Assembly (NCBI GenBank): GCA_018826255.1
Contig: JAHJZO010000042.1
Location: forward strand, 1 to 33,972
Direction of reading: 5' to 3'
Length of the DNA stretch: 33,972 bases
DNA from: Patescibacteria group bacterium
Lineage (GTDB): Bacteria; Patescibacteriota; Minisyncoccia; UBA10092
The notes under the pieces were generated by a model. That model was not told the origin of the DNA and searched no databases. It saw only the letters and a program-made list of their open reading frames with translations. A program made the translations under genes and the position numbers. Positions 1 through 9,814 of this stretch are shown one piece after another; position 1 is the stretch's first letter; the number at the start of each line of letters is the position of its first letter.

Positions 1-713
1 GCCTGTCTTATCCACCAGGTGGCGTAAGTTGAAAATTTAAAACCCCGGCGGTAATCAAATTTATCAACCGCCCGCGCCAATCCCATATTTCCTTCTTGGA
101 TCAGATCCAAAAGAGTCAAATTCGGACTGCGGCCGATATAGCGCTTGGCAATTGAAACAACCAGCCGCAAGTTTGACTGAATCAATTTGTTGCGCGCTTC
201 AAGATCGCCCTTTTCATTTTTTTTCGCCAGTTCTTTTTCTTCGTCGCTTGTTAAAAGCGGAGTTTTGCCGATTTCCCGGAGATATAATTGCACCGAATCA
301 AAAGCTGCCGTGTCGTCCGCCTCAATATTCAACGCTCTGTTGATTTCCTCTTCGCTCGGTTCTGGTATTACATCTTCTATAAACTCCCGGCTTCCCTCAA
401 CTTTGATATTCGCTTCTTCCAAACGGTCATAGAGACGCTCAAGTCCCGTAATGTCTTTTTCAACATCCGGAAAAAATTTCAAAATTTCCGTTTCGGTAAC
501 AAACCTTCTCTCCCGGCCGCGGTTAATTATGGCCTGGACACGCCCTTCAAAAATCCGATCCTTCTTACTGACTCTTGGCGTTGGCTTTACTTTCTTTTTT
601 GACCGGATTTTTTTCTTGGGACTTGTTTTTTTAATAACCCTTTTTTTCTTTTTGCCAACGGACTTTTTCTTGCCGGTAGAAATTTTTCTCTTTTTTTTAC
701 TTTTTGTTTTCAT
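1..713 (-). CDS. rpoD: RNA polymerase primary sigma factor (sigma70), 5' part; runs off the window start
   Basis: Not in the ORF track. Hand translation from ATG at 713 gives a Lys-rich N-terminus, then [11 protein letters not shown] (region 1.2), [12 protein letters not shown] (2.1), [10 protein letters not shown] (2.2) and [13 protein letters not shown] (2.3/2.4). Directly downstream of dnaG. Confidence 0.96.
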   Translation of the reverse strand, partial: MKTKSKKKRKISTGKKKSVGKKKKRVIKKTSPKKKIRSKKKVKPTPRVSKKDRIFEGRVQAIINRGRERRFVTETEILKFFPDVEKDITGLERLYDRLEEANIKVEGSREFIEDVIPEPSEEEINRALNIEADDTAAFDSVQLYLREIGKTPLLTSDEEKELAKKNEKGDLEARNKLIQSNLRLVVSIAKRYIGRSPNLTLLDLIQEGNMGLARAVDKFDYRRGFKFSTYATWWIRQ

Positions 714-2466
714 CTATTTTATAGAGTTTATTGGAAACACTTTGAAATTCTTCCATCAGCTGATTCATATCAAGGCCTTCTTCAGCCTCGCATTTTCTTA
801 TTTGCTGACCGATTTTTTGCAAATTTTCTTTGTGGCGTTCGCGTTCGATCTCTTTAATTAAAAGCTTCACTTCTTCGCCGATATCAAAATCGTGATCCGC
901 TTTTTCCAACTCGTAATCGCCGGCGAGGTACAAAAAGTCCAGTCGCGGGCGCAAATCCGGGGAAAGCGCCGCTCTCGTCGCGGAAAATTCATTTTGATTC
1001 GCCGCCAGAGCGCTCAAAATTTCAAAATCGTTTTTGGGCAGAACGGCAGCCGCTTTAATCGCTTCGGCGATTAATTCCGGCTTTTTTAATAATAACGCTA
1101 AAAGGCGTTCGCTCAAAATTTCTTTCCGCCCCCGTGCCGATATTGCCGGTCGTTGAGACGAAGCGACATTGGCCATTTCGGTTTTTTCTATTTCTATTCT
1201 TTCCATCTCTTCTTTTAAATCACTTTCTGAAATACCGAGCCGCAGCGACAATTCCCTGAGCCAGCCGCTTCTTTCCACGGCGCTGGGCAAGCGTTTTATT
1301 TCGGAAAGCAAAGTTAAAGCAATAAATTTTTTCCCTTCGATTTTGTCGGTTGAAAATTTTCCGAACGCCCGGTTGAAATAATATGCCATAATTGGCTGGC
1401 TTTCCGAAACAAGTTTTATAAACTCTCCCGGCCGTTCTTTAACGAAATCGGCGGGGTCTTTACCGGAAGAAATATCCAAAACCGAAACCCCGAATCCCAA
1501 TTCATTAGCCAAATCAACGCCACGTTTGGTGGCGCGAAAACCGGCGTCATCCACATCAAAAGCCAAAATCAAATTATTGGTAAGCCGTTTCAAAATTGAA
1601 AGGTGATTTTCGGTTAAAGCCGTACCCGATGTCGCTACAATATTTTTTATTCCGTCTTGCCATGGCAGAATTGCGTCCATTTGTCCCTCAACCAAAACTA
1701 CTTTGTCGGCTTTTCTGATTTCCGTTTTTGCTTTATCAAAACCGTAAAGAACCTTGCTTTTACTATACAAAATCGTTTCCGGGGAATTAACATATTTACC
1801 GCTGTCGGCTCTTTCGGTTTTTGAAGGTATAACATCGCTCATGATGCGGCCGGAAAAAGCCACCACGCGCCCGTTGGAATCAAAAATCGGGAACATCAGG
1901 CGGTTTCTAAATCGGTCGTGATATCTGTCGCCCCGCAAAATCAAGCCGGCTTTTTCTATTTCCGTTTCGCGATAGCCCTGCTTTAATAAAAATGACAATA
2001 GCGAGCTCCAAGAATCCGGCGCGTAACCGAGACGCCATTCGCTTATGGTTTTCTCTTGTGCTCCCCTTCCGCGAAGATAGTCCAAGATAACGGAAGCGCT
2101 ATTTAATGAAGCGGTAAAAAATTGAGTCGCCTTTTCGCAGATTTCGTAAATTCTGTCTTTTTCGGTCCGCAGTTTCGGATCGCTGTATTTCAAAGCCACT
2201 CCTGCTTTTTCCGCCAAAATTTTCAGCGCTTCCTTGAATTCAACGCCTTCAATTTTTTGAACAAATGTGAAAATGTCGCCACCTTCGGCGCAACCGAAGC
2301 AATGCCAGTTTTGGCGCGACGGCGAAACCATAAATGACGGGGTTTTTTCATTATGAAAAGGACACAATCCTTTGTGGTTGATGCCGGCTTTTTGCAGACG
2401 AATGTAACCGGAAATTACGTCAACTATATTAAGTTTTTCCTTTATCTCTTGAACCTGATCAGACAT
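697..2466 (-). CDS. dnaG: DNA primase
   Basis: CHC2 zinc finger ([16 protein letters not shown]), [31 protein letters not shown] and FDVDDAG; dnaG-rpoD synteny. Confidence 0.98.
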   Translation of the reverse strand: MSDQVQEIKEKLNIVDVISGYIRLQKAGINHKGLCPFHNEKTPSFMVSPSRQNWHCFGCAEGGDIFTFVQKIEGVEFKEALKILAEKAGVALKYSDPKLRTEKDRIYEICEKATQFFTASLNSASVILDYLRGRGAQEKTISEWRLGYAPDSWSSLLSFLLKQGYRETEIEKAGLILRGDRYHDRFRNRLMFPIFDSNGRVVAFSGRIMSDVIPSKTERADSGKYVNSPETILYSKSKVLYGFDKAKTEIRKADKVVLVEGQMDAILPWQDGIKNIVATSGTALTENHLSILKRLTNNLILAFDVDDAGFRATKRGVDLANELGFGVSVLDISSGKDPADFVKERPGEFIKLVSESQPIMAYYFNRAFGKFSTDKIEGKKFIALTLLSEIKRLPSAVERSGWLRELSLRLGISESDLKEEMERIEIEKTEMANVASSQRPAISARGRKEILSERLLALLLKKPELIAEAIKAAAVLPKNDFEILSALAANQNEFSATRAALSPDLRPRLDFLYLAGDYELEKADHDFDIGEEVKLLIKEIERERHKENLQKIGQQIRKCEAEEGLDMNQLMEEFQSVSNKLYKIDENKK

Positions 2467-2467
2467 A

Positions 2468-2911
2468 TTATTTATACTCTATCTTAACCTGAAGCCACTG
2501 GCCATTACCAACTGTAAAAGAATAGCTGTCGCGAACCGGCGCGATGGGGCCATCGGGGTCCATAGGTTTCAAAATATAAGAACCGGGGCGTAAAGGAATC
2601 TGGAAAGTTCCATCGCTGTGAGTCCGTACTGAAATAAAAGGCGTCGATGAATTGTCGCTCTTGAAAATTTCAAGCGACGCTTCATATTCATATGGCCCGC
2701 CACCCAATAAAACCACTTTGCCGGCGATACCTGAATTAACAATATTGCCCTCCACTGCCGGCGCTTGCGCGGCGGCTTGAATAAAATCATTATTTACCGA
2801 TGGTGAGATGGAATCGTTTTTTGACGTTCTATAAAAATAAAAAACAAGCGCGCCCCCCGCCGCGGCCAAAACAACAAATCCGGTTAAAAATACCAATAGT
2901 TTTTTATTCAT
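2468..2911 (-). CDS. Membrane-anchored hypothetical protein with a beta-sandwich (carboxypeptidase-regulatory-like) domain
   Basis: N-terminal hydrophobic helix; C-terminal GIAGKV...THSDGTFQIPLRPGSYIL pattern typical of prealbumin-like folds; tightly packed in the operon. Confidence 0.65.
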   Translation of the reverse strand: MNKKLLVFLTGFVVLAAAGGALVFYFYRTSKNDSISPSVNNDFIQAAAQAPAVEGNIVNSGIAGKVVLLGGGPYEYEASLEIFKSDNSSTPFISVRTHSDGTFQIPLRPGSYILKPMDPDGPIAPVRDSYSFTVGNGQWLQVKIEYK

Positions 2912-2916
2912 ATCGC

Positions 2917-3183
2917 TTATTTTACTGATTGCAACTGTTCCAAAAGTTTTTGAAAATCCATAGAAGAATCCGTAACACCCTTAAACTGCTGCGCTACCGA
3001 CATTACGCGTTCTATGTACGGCGTAAGAAAATAAAACGCTCCGAAAATAATTCCGATAAAAATAATATATCTAAATATAGTCCAGAACCGCCGCCATTTC
3101 TCCGCCCGCCAGATCTTTTTAACTAAAATTAAAGTTTCTTCTTGCTTAGCCTGAATTTCTTTTAATTCTTCATCATTCACCAA
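2917..3183 (-). CDS. Small single-pass membrane hypothetical protein
   Basis: 88 aa, one TM segment preceded by a WRRFW basic patch; 4-5 bp gaps to both neighbours. Confidence 0.7.
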   Translation of the reverse strand: MVNDEELKEIQAKQEETLILVKKIWRAEKWRRFWTIFRYIIFIGIIFGAFYFLTPYIERVMSVAQQFKGVTDSSMDFQKLLEQLQSVK

Positions 3184-3187
3184 TTTT

Positions 3188-5512
3188 TTATCGATTCCAA
3201 TTAGTAATCAATTTTTGAATTTGATCAAGAGACGCTTTTATGTTTTCAAGCATAGAGGCAGAATATTGGTTGTTCGGTGAAGAACCGTCAATGGAAGATT
3301 CATTTGCCGTCGGCACCCAATCCAGCTTAGTAGAGTCCCAGCGGTAGGATTCCCCATTGCGCCAGATGTTGGTGGCTGAATCTATATATTGTCCCTTATT
3401 ATAACCATAAGCGGTTACCTCAGTTATGTTAATTCGCAGGTCTCTATTAGTGTCGGCTGGGTGGTAGGTTTTGTCCTCACAAGTAGGCTTACTCTGACAA
3501 CCATTAACATCAATACTTCCAGAAACAATCGTTCCGTCACTGCACCAACCAGGAACTGGCGGCGCATATTGAGGACAAGTGTTTGCCGGAGTCACCGCCA
3601 CAATGCTAAACGCCGCATCGGATTCATCTTTAGCCGAATAATTAGTATAAGTCCCCAAATAGACAACTACTTTATAGTTACCCGGAATTGTTGTTGATGG
3701 TATTGTCCAATAAGTTCCGCATTTACTATCAAAACAAGAAGTTATTGCGTTAGATAAAACAGTAGAATAACCCCTATCTGACAAAATACCCACCTCTAGT
3801 TTGGCGGTTAAATCAGAAACATTCCATCGAATAAATTGAGTAGAGCCAACTTGCCACGCCTCTCCCCCGTTCGGCGAAAGCACGGTGATGGAAGGAGTTT
3901 TGGAAGAAATGACGGTCATGATGTTTCCATACACAGGCATTCCAGATGTTTTTGCTCCCGGAGAAACGAAGTTAAGTCCAGGAATCCCTAAACGAATGGG
4001 TATACTAGGTCCACTTCCTACAGAAGCACGAACATCGGCACTAACGGCCAAAGTTTTTGACGAGTAAGCAGGAATCGTAAGGTTATCCACATCAATCCAC
4101 TGATAGTAATAATTGCCATTGTAAGTCAATATACTCGCGGTTGCACCTAATTGAGACCCGGATGTAGAATCAACAACTTTTATATTTTGAACGAAGTCAG
4201 AAGCATTTGGCGTATCAGAACCGACTTGAATTGAATTTACGCTAACATCGCTGGCGCCGGCTGATAATCTTATCTTCGCGAATGGCACATTTGCTCGTCC
4301 GGGTGTGATATCGCCACCTGCTGGAGTCGAAGAGTCCAAGGAGACATTAACCGAAGAAATGTTTGCCGATGCGATTTTGAAGTAGCTATCGCTTGAGTCG
4401 CATGTCGTGGTTTCAGTTCTGCAAACTTGAATGGTGTATGAACCATCAGAGGCGAGCGCATTATCCAAGCCATCAAGCGCTCCAACCGACCATGAGTATG
4501 AAAGACCAGCTACATTCTTCGCGATCGTATAAGAACATGTGACGCCCCCGGCGCACTGCGGAGATGTTGCTACGAGTTTAATGTAATAAGAACTCGGCGG
4601 AGGCATACAGGTTTTTTCAGCCGGGCATGCCGGTGTGGGTGTGTTGTCCTGCCACTTAATTGTCTGCTTTGTACCACTTGTCCATGTCTCCCCGCCGTTT
4701 GGGGAAGTAACGGTGATGGTGGAAGTGGGGATTGTATCTCCAACATTTACGCTTATGCTAGTTTGGGCGGAAAGACCTTGATTATCGGTGACGGTAAAAG
4801 TTGGGCTGAAGGCGCCGCCTCTGCTATAGGAATGAGTGAAAGTAGTGGTTTGGGTATAAGTTGTTGATTTTGGCGCAAGAGTTGAAGCGCCGTATGTCAA
4901 TTCGTCTCCCCAAACGACTGAATAAGTTAGTACGCCCTGCTCCGAATCACTAGCTTTGACTGTCCAAGTTCCGATTTCGTTAATCTTAAGAGTTATCGGT
5001 CCACTAACCGCATTGATTGTTGGTGGCTGATTTTGCATTGGCTGAGTTGGCTGAGGAGGAACAATTCCGCACCCATACAAACTATTCAACTTTGCACGCG
5101 TTGATTTTCCAACAAAACCGGTACCATATTTAAGTCCGTAAGAAGCCAAAACTTCACTGCGGTATTTTTCCTGAAAAGCGGTAACGACAGAAGCTACTTG
5201 CTCATCAAAGTCAGCCTCGTGTTCTGTAATTAAAGTTTCTTTTTGTAGGGCTATAATTAAATTTGCTACCTCATCACCGCTTTTCCCTATTCCCAAATTC
5301 GCGTTAAAATCATGGCACCAAGCAGTTGTTCCTTGCTGGGCTTGCAACTGCCGAATTTGCTGCTGAAGCGCCTGAATCTGCTGCATTAACGCATTTATTT
5401 GGGCTTGCACTTCCGCGGTTACAGCGTTAGCTTTGGGCGCACCGCCCGTCAGAGACAAACTAAGAACCACTGCCAACGCTATTAGCAACGAATACTTAAA
5501 ATATTTTTTCAT
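3188..5512 (-). CDS. Large secreted modular surface protein (signal peptide, coiled coil, peptidoglycan-binding-like domain, PKD/Ig-like domains, two SPNGGE beta domains, dockerin/EF-hand-like tail)
   Basis: Start moved to ATG 5512 (MKKYFK..., signal peptide ending ANA). Motifs: Gln-rich coil, 'NLGIG..G.EV..L...TGFVGKSTRAKLN', PKD-like 'YSVVWGD...HSY..GG.F...FTVTD', two 'ITV.SPNGGE.W..G....I.W', and 'ADTNRDLRINITEV'. Confidence 0.8.
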   Translation of the reverse strand: MKKYFKYSLLIALAVVLSLSLTGGAPKANAVTAEVQAQINALMQQIQALQQQIRQLQAQQGTTAWCHDFNANLGIGKSGDEVANLIIALQKETLITEHEADFDEQVASVVTAFQEKYRSEVLASYGLKYGTGFVGKSTRAKLNSLYGCGIVPPQPTQPMQNQPPTINAVSGPITLKINEIGTWTVKASDSEQGVLTYSVVWGDELTYGASTLAPKSTTYTQTTTFTHSYSRGGAFSPTFTVTDNQGLSAQTSISVNVGDTIPTSTITVTSPNGGETWTSGTKQTIKWQDNTPTPACPAEKTCMPPPSSYYIKLVATSPQCAGGVTCSYTIAKNVAGLSYSWSVGALDGLDNALASDGSYTIQVCRTETTTCDSSDSYFKIASANISSVNVSLDSSTPAGGDITPGRANVPFAKIRLSAGASDVSVNSIQVGSDTPNASDFVQNIKVVDSTSGSQLGATASILTYNGNYYYQWIDVDNLTIPAYSSKTLAVSADVRASVGSGPSIPIRLGIPGLNFVSPGAKTSGMPVYGNIMTVISSKTPSITVLSPNGGEAWQVGSTQFIRWNVSDLTAKLEVGILSDRGYSTVLSNAITSCFDSKCGTYWTIPSTTIPGNYKVVVYLGTYTNYSAKDESDAAFSIVAVTPANTCPQYAPPVPGWCSDGTIVSGSIDVNGCQSKPTCEDKTYHPADTNRDLRINITEVTAYGYNKGQYIDSATNIWRNGESYRWDSTKLDWVPTANESSIDGSSPNNQYSASMLENIKASLDQIQKLITNWNR

Positions 5513-5611
5513 ATTTTTATTTTTACGCTTAATTTTAATTTTATGATTAATAATAAACCCACAATCTAATAATACCCCCCCCAAGCCAAAAATCAAGCGC
5601 CTGTAGAAAAC

Positions 5612-6850
5612 TTACTCGTACCTCAATGCTTCCATGGGACTTTTGCGGGAGGCCTTGCGGGCCGGATAAATGCCGAAAACAAGGCCGATTAAAGTGGCTA
5701 TGCCAAGTCCTAAAATTATCGCCAGAACTGGAATTGAAAATTGCCACACCAGCGCGAGATAATGCCCCAAAATAAAAGACACTATAAATGAAAGAAAAAT
5801 CCCCAATGCGATGCCAATTATTCCGCCCATAGTTGTGAGCATAATCGCTTCAAGAAGAAATTGAATTAAAATATTCTTGCCGGTGGCGCCGAGAGCTTTA
5901 CGGAGACCGATTTCTCTTGTTCGTTCCGTTACCGACACCAGCATAATATTCATAATGCCGATGCCGCCGACAAAAAGAGAAATCGCGGCGATGGCCGCTA
6001 AAAACAAGGTGAAAATATCCGTTATGGAACTTACCATCTTCAGGGCCTCGGCTTGGGTTTCAACAAAAAAATCATCTTTGGACGAGTCGGATATATTATG
6101 ATTGTTTCTTAAAGTTATTTTTATATCATTAACCGTACGATTGACATTTTCTTCGCTATCGGCTTCAACCACTATGCGGTTAAAATATTTTATTCCGAAA
6201 ATATATTGCTGAGCGGTGGTATAAGGAATAATGGCGATATCGTCAAAATTTAAAAAACTCACTTGTCCCGTTTTGGGAAAAATTCCGATAATCCTGAAGT
6301 TTTTTCCTTTAATTTTAATCCTTTGCCCCAACGCGCTGTCATTGCCGAAAAGCTGATCTTTAACTTTTGAACCGACTATAACCACATCGGCATATCCTTT
6401 AACTTCTTCATCCGTAAAAATTCTGCCTTCCGAAGGATAAATATTATAGATTTTGGTAAAAAGACCGGTTACTCCGAGAATTGTTGGCCGGTAGGCCTCA
6501 TTTTCATAAACAGCAGTTTGGCTTCCAAAAACTATTGGCATGATTTCGGCCAGATGCGGCACATTGTTTTTTTTCTGAAGTTCCGCGACATCTTTTTCTT
6601 TCAGCGAATCCGTAAATGTTGAAAGCATATCGGTGATTCCCTGCGGTTGGCGGCCGGGAGCGATCGCAATAACTTTCGGGCCCATGCTTTGAATCTGACT
6701 TAAAATAAGATTTTGAGCTCCTTGTCCCAAAGACATTATTAAAATAATCGCCGTAATGCCAATCACAATACCGAGCAAAGTTAAAAAACTTCTCATTTTA
6801 TTTATCGTAAGCCCTCTAAACGCGGTTTTTACTGTGTATTTAATATGCAT
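5612..6850 (-). CDS. MacB/FtsX-family ABC transporter permease
   Basis: RSFLTLLGIVIG, large extracytoplasmic domain, GGIGIMNIMLVSVTERTREIGLRKALGA, YPARKAS...P.EALRYE. Confidence 0.95.
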   Translation of the reverse strand: MHIKYTVKTAFRGLTINKMRSFLTLLGIVIGITAIILIMSLGQGAQNLILSQIQSMGPKVIAIAPGRQPQGITDMLSTFTDSLKEKDVAELQKKNNVPHLAEIMPIVFGSQTAVYENEAYRPTILGVTGLFTKIYNIYPSEGRIFTDEEVKGYADVVIVGSKVKDQLFGNDSALGQRIKIKGKNFRIIGIFPKTGQVSFLNFDDIAIIPYTTAQQYIFGIKYFNRIVVEADSEENVNRTVNDIKITLRNNHNISDSSKDDFFVETQAEALKMVSSITDIFTLFLAAIAAISLFVGGIGIMNIMLVSVTERTREIGLRKALGATGKNILIQFLLEAIMLTTMGGIIGIALGIFLSFIVSFILGHYLALVWQFSIPVLAIILGLGIATLIGLVFGIYPARKASRKSPMEALRYE

Positions 6851-6859
6851 AATTATGGA

Positions 6860-7576
6860 TTATTTGAAAAATCCGTTTTGATGTTTGTGCTTTTGTTCAA
6901 CAATTTGGTCAACTTCAATAAGGCCATCTTTAATTTTAATCAGCCGGTGGGCGTATTCGGCAGTATATGTTTCGTGAGTTACCAAAATAATTGTGTGGCC
7001 TTCAATATGGAGTTTTTCCAAAATTTCCATAACTTGGCTTCCGGATTTTGAATCAAGATTACCGGTTGGTTCATCGGCAAAAATCACCGACGGATTATTA
7101 ACTAGGGCGCGCGCTATGGCGATCCTTTGCTTTTCACCGCCGGAAAGATGGGCCGGTTCGTAATCTTTCCTGTGGGACATCCCGACCGAATCAATCGCTT
7201 TCAAAGCCATTTCATCCCAAAGAGATTCTTTGACATCGGAATAAAGCAATGGCAATTTTACATTTTCCAGAACCGAAGTTCTGGGCAAAAGATTGAACGC
7301 TTGAAAAATAAATCCCATTTTTTCATTGCGCACTTGGGCCAATCCCTCGTCGGAATAATCATTCATGCTTTTTTCTTCAAAAAGATAATCCCCGCCCGTG
7401 AGCCGGTCCAGAAATCCCAGAATATGCAAAAGAGTCGACTTGCCGGATCCGGAAGGCCCCATGATTGAAATAAATTCTCCCTTTTCAACGGAAAAATCCA
7501 AGCCGCGCAGAGCTATTGTTTCAATTTCGTCGCGGTAAGTTTTTTCTAATTTTACTGCCTTGATAATAGCCGTCAT
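6860..7576 (-). CDS. MacB/LolD-family ABC transporter ATP-binding protein
   Basis: Walker [10 protein letters not shown], signature LSGGEKQR, Walker B/D-loop [12 protein letters not shown]-loop VTH. Confidence 0.97.
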   Translation of the reverse strand: MTAIIKAVKLEKTYRDEIETIALRGLDFSVEKGEFISIMGPSGSGKSTLLHILGFLDRLTGGDYLFEEKSMNDYSDEGLAQVRNEKMGFIFQAFNLLPRTSVLENVKLPLLYSDVKESLWDEMALKAIDSVGMSHRKDYEPAHLSGGEKQRIAIARALVNNPSVIFADEPTGNLDSKSGSQVMEILEKLHIEGHTIILVTHETYTAEYAHRLIKIKDGLIEVDQIVEQKHKHQNGFFK

Positions 7577-9009
7577 TGAGAAATGACAATTTTGTCGCCT
7601 TCTTTCAAACCTTCCAAAATTTCTATATTTCCGTCAGAACCGCGAAGACCGGTTACAACCTTGAGCCTTGTTACAGTTCCATCTTGAGCGGATGCCGGGT
7701 CATAAATATCCACAAATTTATCGCCATCGGCCGATGTTATGGCTCGTTGCGGAACAATGAGCGCATCATTTTTTTGAGCGGTTAGAATTTCCAAATTGGC
7801 AGTCATCCCAGATTTAATCGGTTTATCGCCCGAATTGAACCGTAAAATTGTTTTATAAGTAGCAACACCTTCAACCATCGTTTCGGCTGGATTTATAGAA
7901 ATTACTTTTGTTTCAAAAACAATATCCCTGCCGTATGCATCAAGAGTCGCCTTGGCGGAATCGCCGATTTTTATTTTTGCGATATCAACTTCGGGAATAA
8001 ACGCTTCAATTTCATAAACAGAAGAAAGAATAGAAACCAGAATGGAACCGGCAGTTGCTATTTCTCCCACTTTTGCATCTTGTTTTATAACGACGCCATT
8101 TATTGGAGAATGAAGAACCGCCTTTGCGATTTGAGCTTCTATACTGCCAACCGAAGCTTCGTATGATTTAATGGAAACTTCTTCGGAAACAATATTCGCG
8201 CCTTGTAAATTAATCGCCTGTTTTTGATCGCTTATATTGGTTAGCGCGGCATTAATATTTGTCCTTGCCGTAGCTACATTCGCCTTATAGGAGTCCAAGG
8301 TTGAAGCTGATAAATTAGTTGCCTTTTCAAGAGCATCCATAGCATCAAATAAGAAATCCCTGATAACTTTAAGATGGGCGTCGCCTTTTGAAAGCGCCGA
8401 ATTTAGTTCATCACGTGAATTTGCATCCAATTTATTAAGTTCGCTCTTCCAGTTATCAAGCTCGGTTCTGGAGGTTAAACGGCCATTTTGCGAGTCGGTT
8501 TGGGCCTGGGAATTAGCGGTCGTAAAATTTAATTTCGGAGTATCGGATTCACCGTCGGAAAAAAAACTGTCTATTTGTTTTTTTACCGCGTCGTCGGCTT
8601 TGGCGTAGGCATCATTTAAAATATTGGCAACGGCCGAATAATAATTGTCCAGAACAATTTTTGATTTGTTAAACTCGGCTTTTTGAGTTTCTAAATCGGC
8701 ATTGGCTTTTTCAAGCTGGCTGTAAAGTTCGGAGTTGTCTTGGCCGACCAATGTGGCGCCGCTTGAGACATAATTGCCAACATCAACCAAGACCAGGGAT
8801 ATTTTTCCGCTTTTTTCAAACGCCAAATCGACGCTTCTGACCGGTTTAACATTGCCGACGACGCTTACTTCTTGAAGAATGGAACCTTTTTTAACAGTGA
8901 TGAATTCCGTTTCAGTTTTTTTGTTTCCGGCAAAAATAAAATAACCGCCCAAAATAATTACCGCGATAACTGTAGTGACTATGAAAATCGGCTTTTTGAA
9001 AAATCTCAT
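7573..9009 (-). CDS. MacA/HlyD-family membrane fusion (adaptor) protein with long coiled coil
   Basis: N-terminal TM, split lipoyl motifs (SGKI..V.V..G..V..G..L and SPINGVV), GMTANLEI; adjacent to the ABC ATPase and permease. Confidence 0.92.
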   Translation of the reverse strand: MRFFKKPIFIVTTVIAVIILGGYFIFAGNKKTETEFITVKKGSILQEVSVVGNVKPVRSVDLAFEKSGKISLVLVDVGNYVSSGATLVGQDNSELYSQLEKANADLETQKAEFNKSKIVLDNYYSAVANILNDAYAKADDAVKKQIDSFFSDGESDTPKLNFTTANSQAQTDSQNGRLTSRTELDNWKSELNKLDANSRDELNSALSKGDAHLKVIRDFLFDAMDALEKATNLSASTLDSYKANVATARTNINAALTNISDQKQAINLQGANIVSEEVSIKSYEASVGSIEAQIAKAVLHSPINGVVIKQDAKVGEIATAGSILVSILSSVYEIEAFIPEVDIAKIKIGDSAKATLDAYGRDIVFETKVISINPAETMVEGVATYKTILRFNSGDKPIKSGMTANLEILTAQKNDALIVPQRAITSADGDKFVDIYDPASAQDGTVTRLKVVTGLRGSDGNIEILEGLKEGDKIVISQ

Positions 9010-9015
9010 TTATAT

Positions 9016-9300
9016 TTATGTTTTTTTAGAAAGTTTTTCCGGATTCAGTTCCGAACCGCGCGCCTTCTGTTCTGCTTCTTCCTCTTTTTCTCGGCGCTTT
9101 TTTTCCTTTTTAGTCAGTTTCGCCATAACATCTATAACTTCTTTTCCATCGTAAAAACCGCAATGGGCGCAAACACGATGCGGCAAAACTTCTCTATCGC
9201 ATTTCTGACATATCGCCAAAAATGTTTTTTTCAAAGCCAAATGAGACCGTCTCCGGTTTCTCTTGCCTTTCGTATGCCTTTTTACCTGTACTCCACCCAT
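9016..9300 (-). CDS. rpmF: 50S ribosomal protein bL32 (zinc-ribbon type, charged C-terminal extension)
   Basis: KR.TK.KRNRRRSH, CQKC...PHRVCAHCGFYDGKEV. Confidence 0.95.
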   Translation of the reverse strand: MGGVQVKRHTKGKRNRRRSHLALKKTFLAICQKCDREVLPHRVCAHCGFYDGKEVIDVMAKLTKKEKKRREKEEEAEQKARGSELNPEKLSKKT

Positions 9301-9315
9301 AAAATTAGTTTTTGG

Positions 9316-9344
9316 ATATTAACATAAAAAATTTTCCTTGGCAA
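9316..9344 (-). promoter_or_regulatory. Putative sigma70 promoter of the rpmF-macAB operon
   Basis: Minus strand TTGCCA-17 bp-TAATAT with TGn extension, ~15 nt upstream of the rpmF ATG. Confidence 0.6.
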
Positions 9345-9356
9345 GATTTTATTACA

Positions 9357-9396
9357 AAATAAAAACCGCCAATCCTGTTTCAGAATTAAGCGGTTT
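9357..9396 (-). terminator. Intrinsic terminator after the small membrane-protein gene
   Basis: Minus strand AAACCGC...GCGGTTT stem with inner (AATT)CTG-AAA-CAG(GATT) pairing, followed by TTATTTT. Confidence 0.65.
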
Positions 9397-9407
9397 CGTC
9401 TGTTCAT

Positions 9408-9614
9408 TTAATTATTGATATGATCTTTGTGCGAAGCTCTAGCTTGGTCTCGCACAAATCCAAGTCTCATCCAGACACCACCCCATACAGCGGCGACAAA
9501 AAAACTTACTGATAGACCAAAATCAAAACTGTCAAAAGCGTAATAATAGAAAATACCGGCGAGAATACAATAAATTGCAACCCCGCCAATTAGTGCTATC
9601 CAATATCGCCACAT
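9408..9614 (-). CDS. Small two-TM hypothetical protein in its own transcription unit
   Basis: AGGAGG 5 nt before ATG 9614 (MWRYW...), two hydrophobic segments, own promoter and terminator. Confidence 0.7.
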   Translation of the reverse strand: MWRYWIALIGGVAIYCILAGIFYYYAFDSFDFGLSVSFFVAAVWGGVWMRLGFVRDQARASHKDHINN

Positions 9615-9665
9615 TGCCACCTCCTTCTTTCAAAATTTATTAAAAGGTTAACGAACTGTATTTAC

Positions 9666-9694
9666 ACTGTAACAAGAATTATATCTCTTGTCAA
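9666..9694 (-). promoter_or_regulatory. sigma70 promoter with overlapping inverted repeat
   Basis: TTGACA-17 bp-TACAGT with TGn; inverted repeat ACAAGA-N8-TCTTGT at 9672-9691. Confidence 0.65.
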
Positions 9695-9700
9695 ATATCA

Positions 9701-9742
9701 AATTACATATCTGATATGCTATAGCATTCTATATATGTAATT
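9701..9742. repeat. 42-bp imperfect palindrome in the divergent intergenic region upstream of dnaE
   Basis: AATTACATAT-ctgat-ATGCTATAGCAT-tctat-ATATGTAATT. Confidence 0.75.
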
Positions 9743-9814
9743 CTGTTTTTGTTGAGAATTTTGAATAAAAAATTTTGATTGGAATTTTTTTAGTGATAGA
9801 ATGAAAATATATTT

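Noticed and set aside
152-861. Several plus-strand ORFs, including a Phe-rich 136-aa one
   Set aside because: Shadow ORFs antisense to the Lys-rich rpoD and dnaG; the same applies to most short antisense ORFs in the track.
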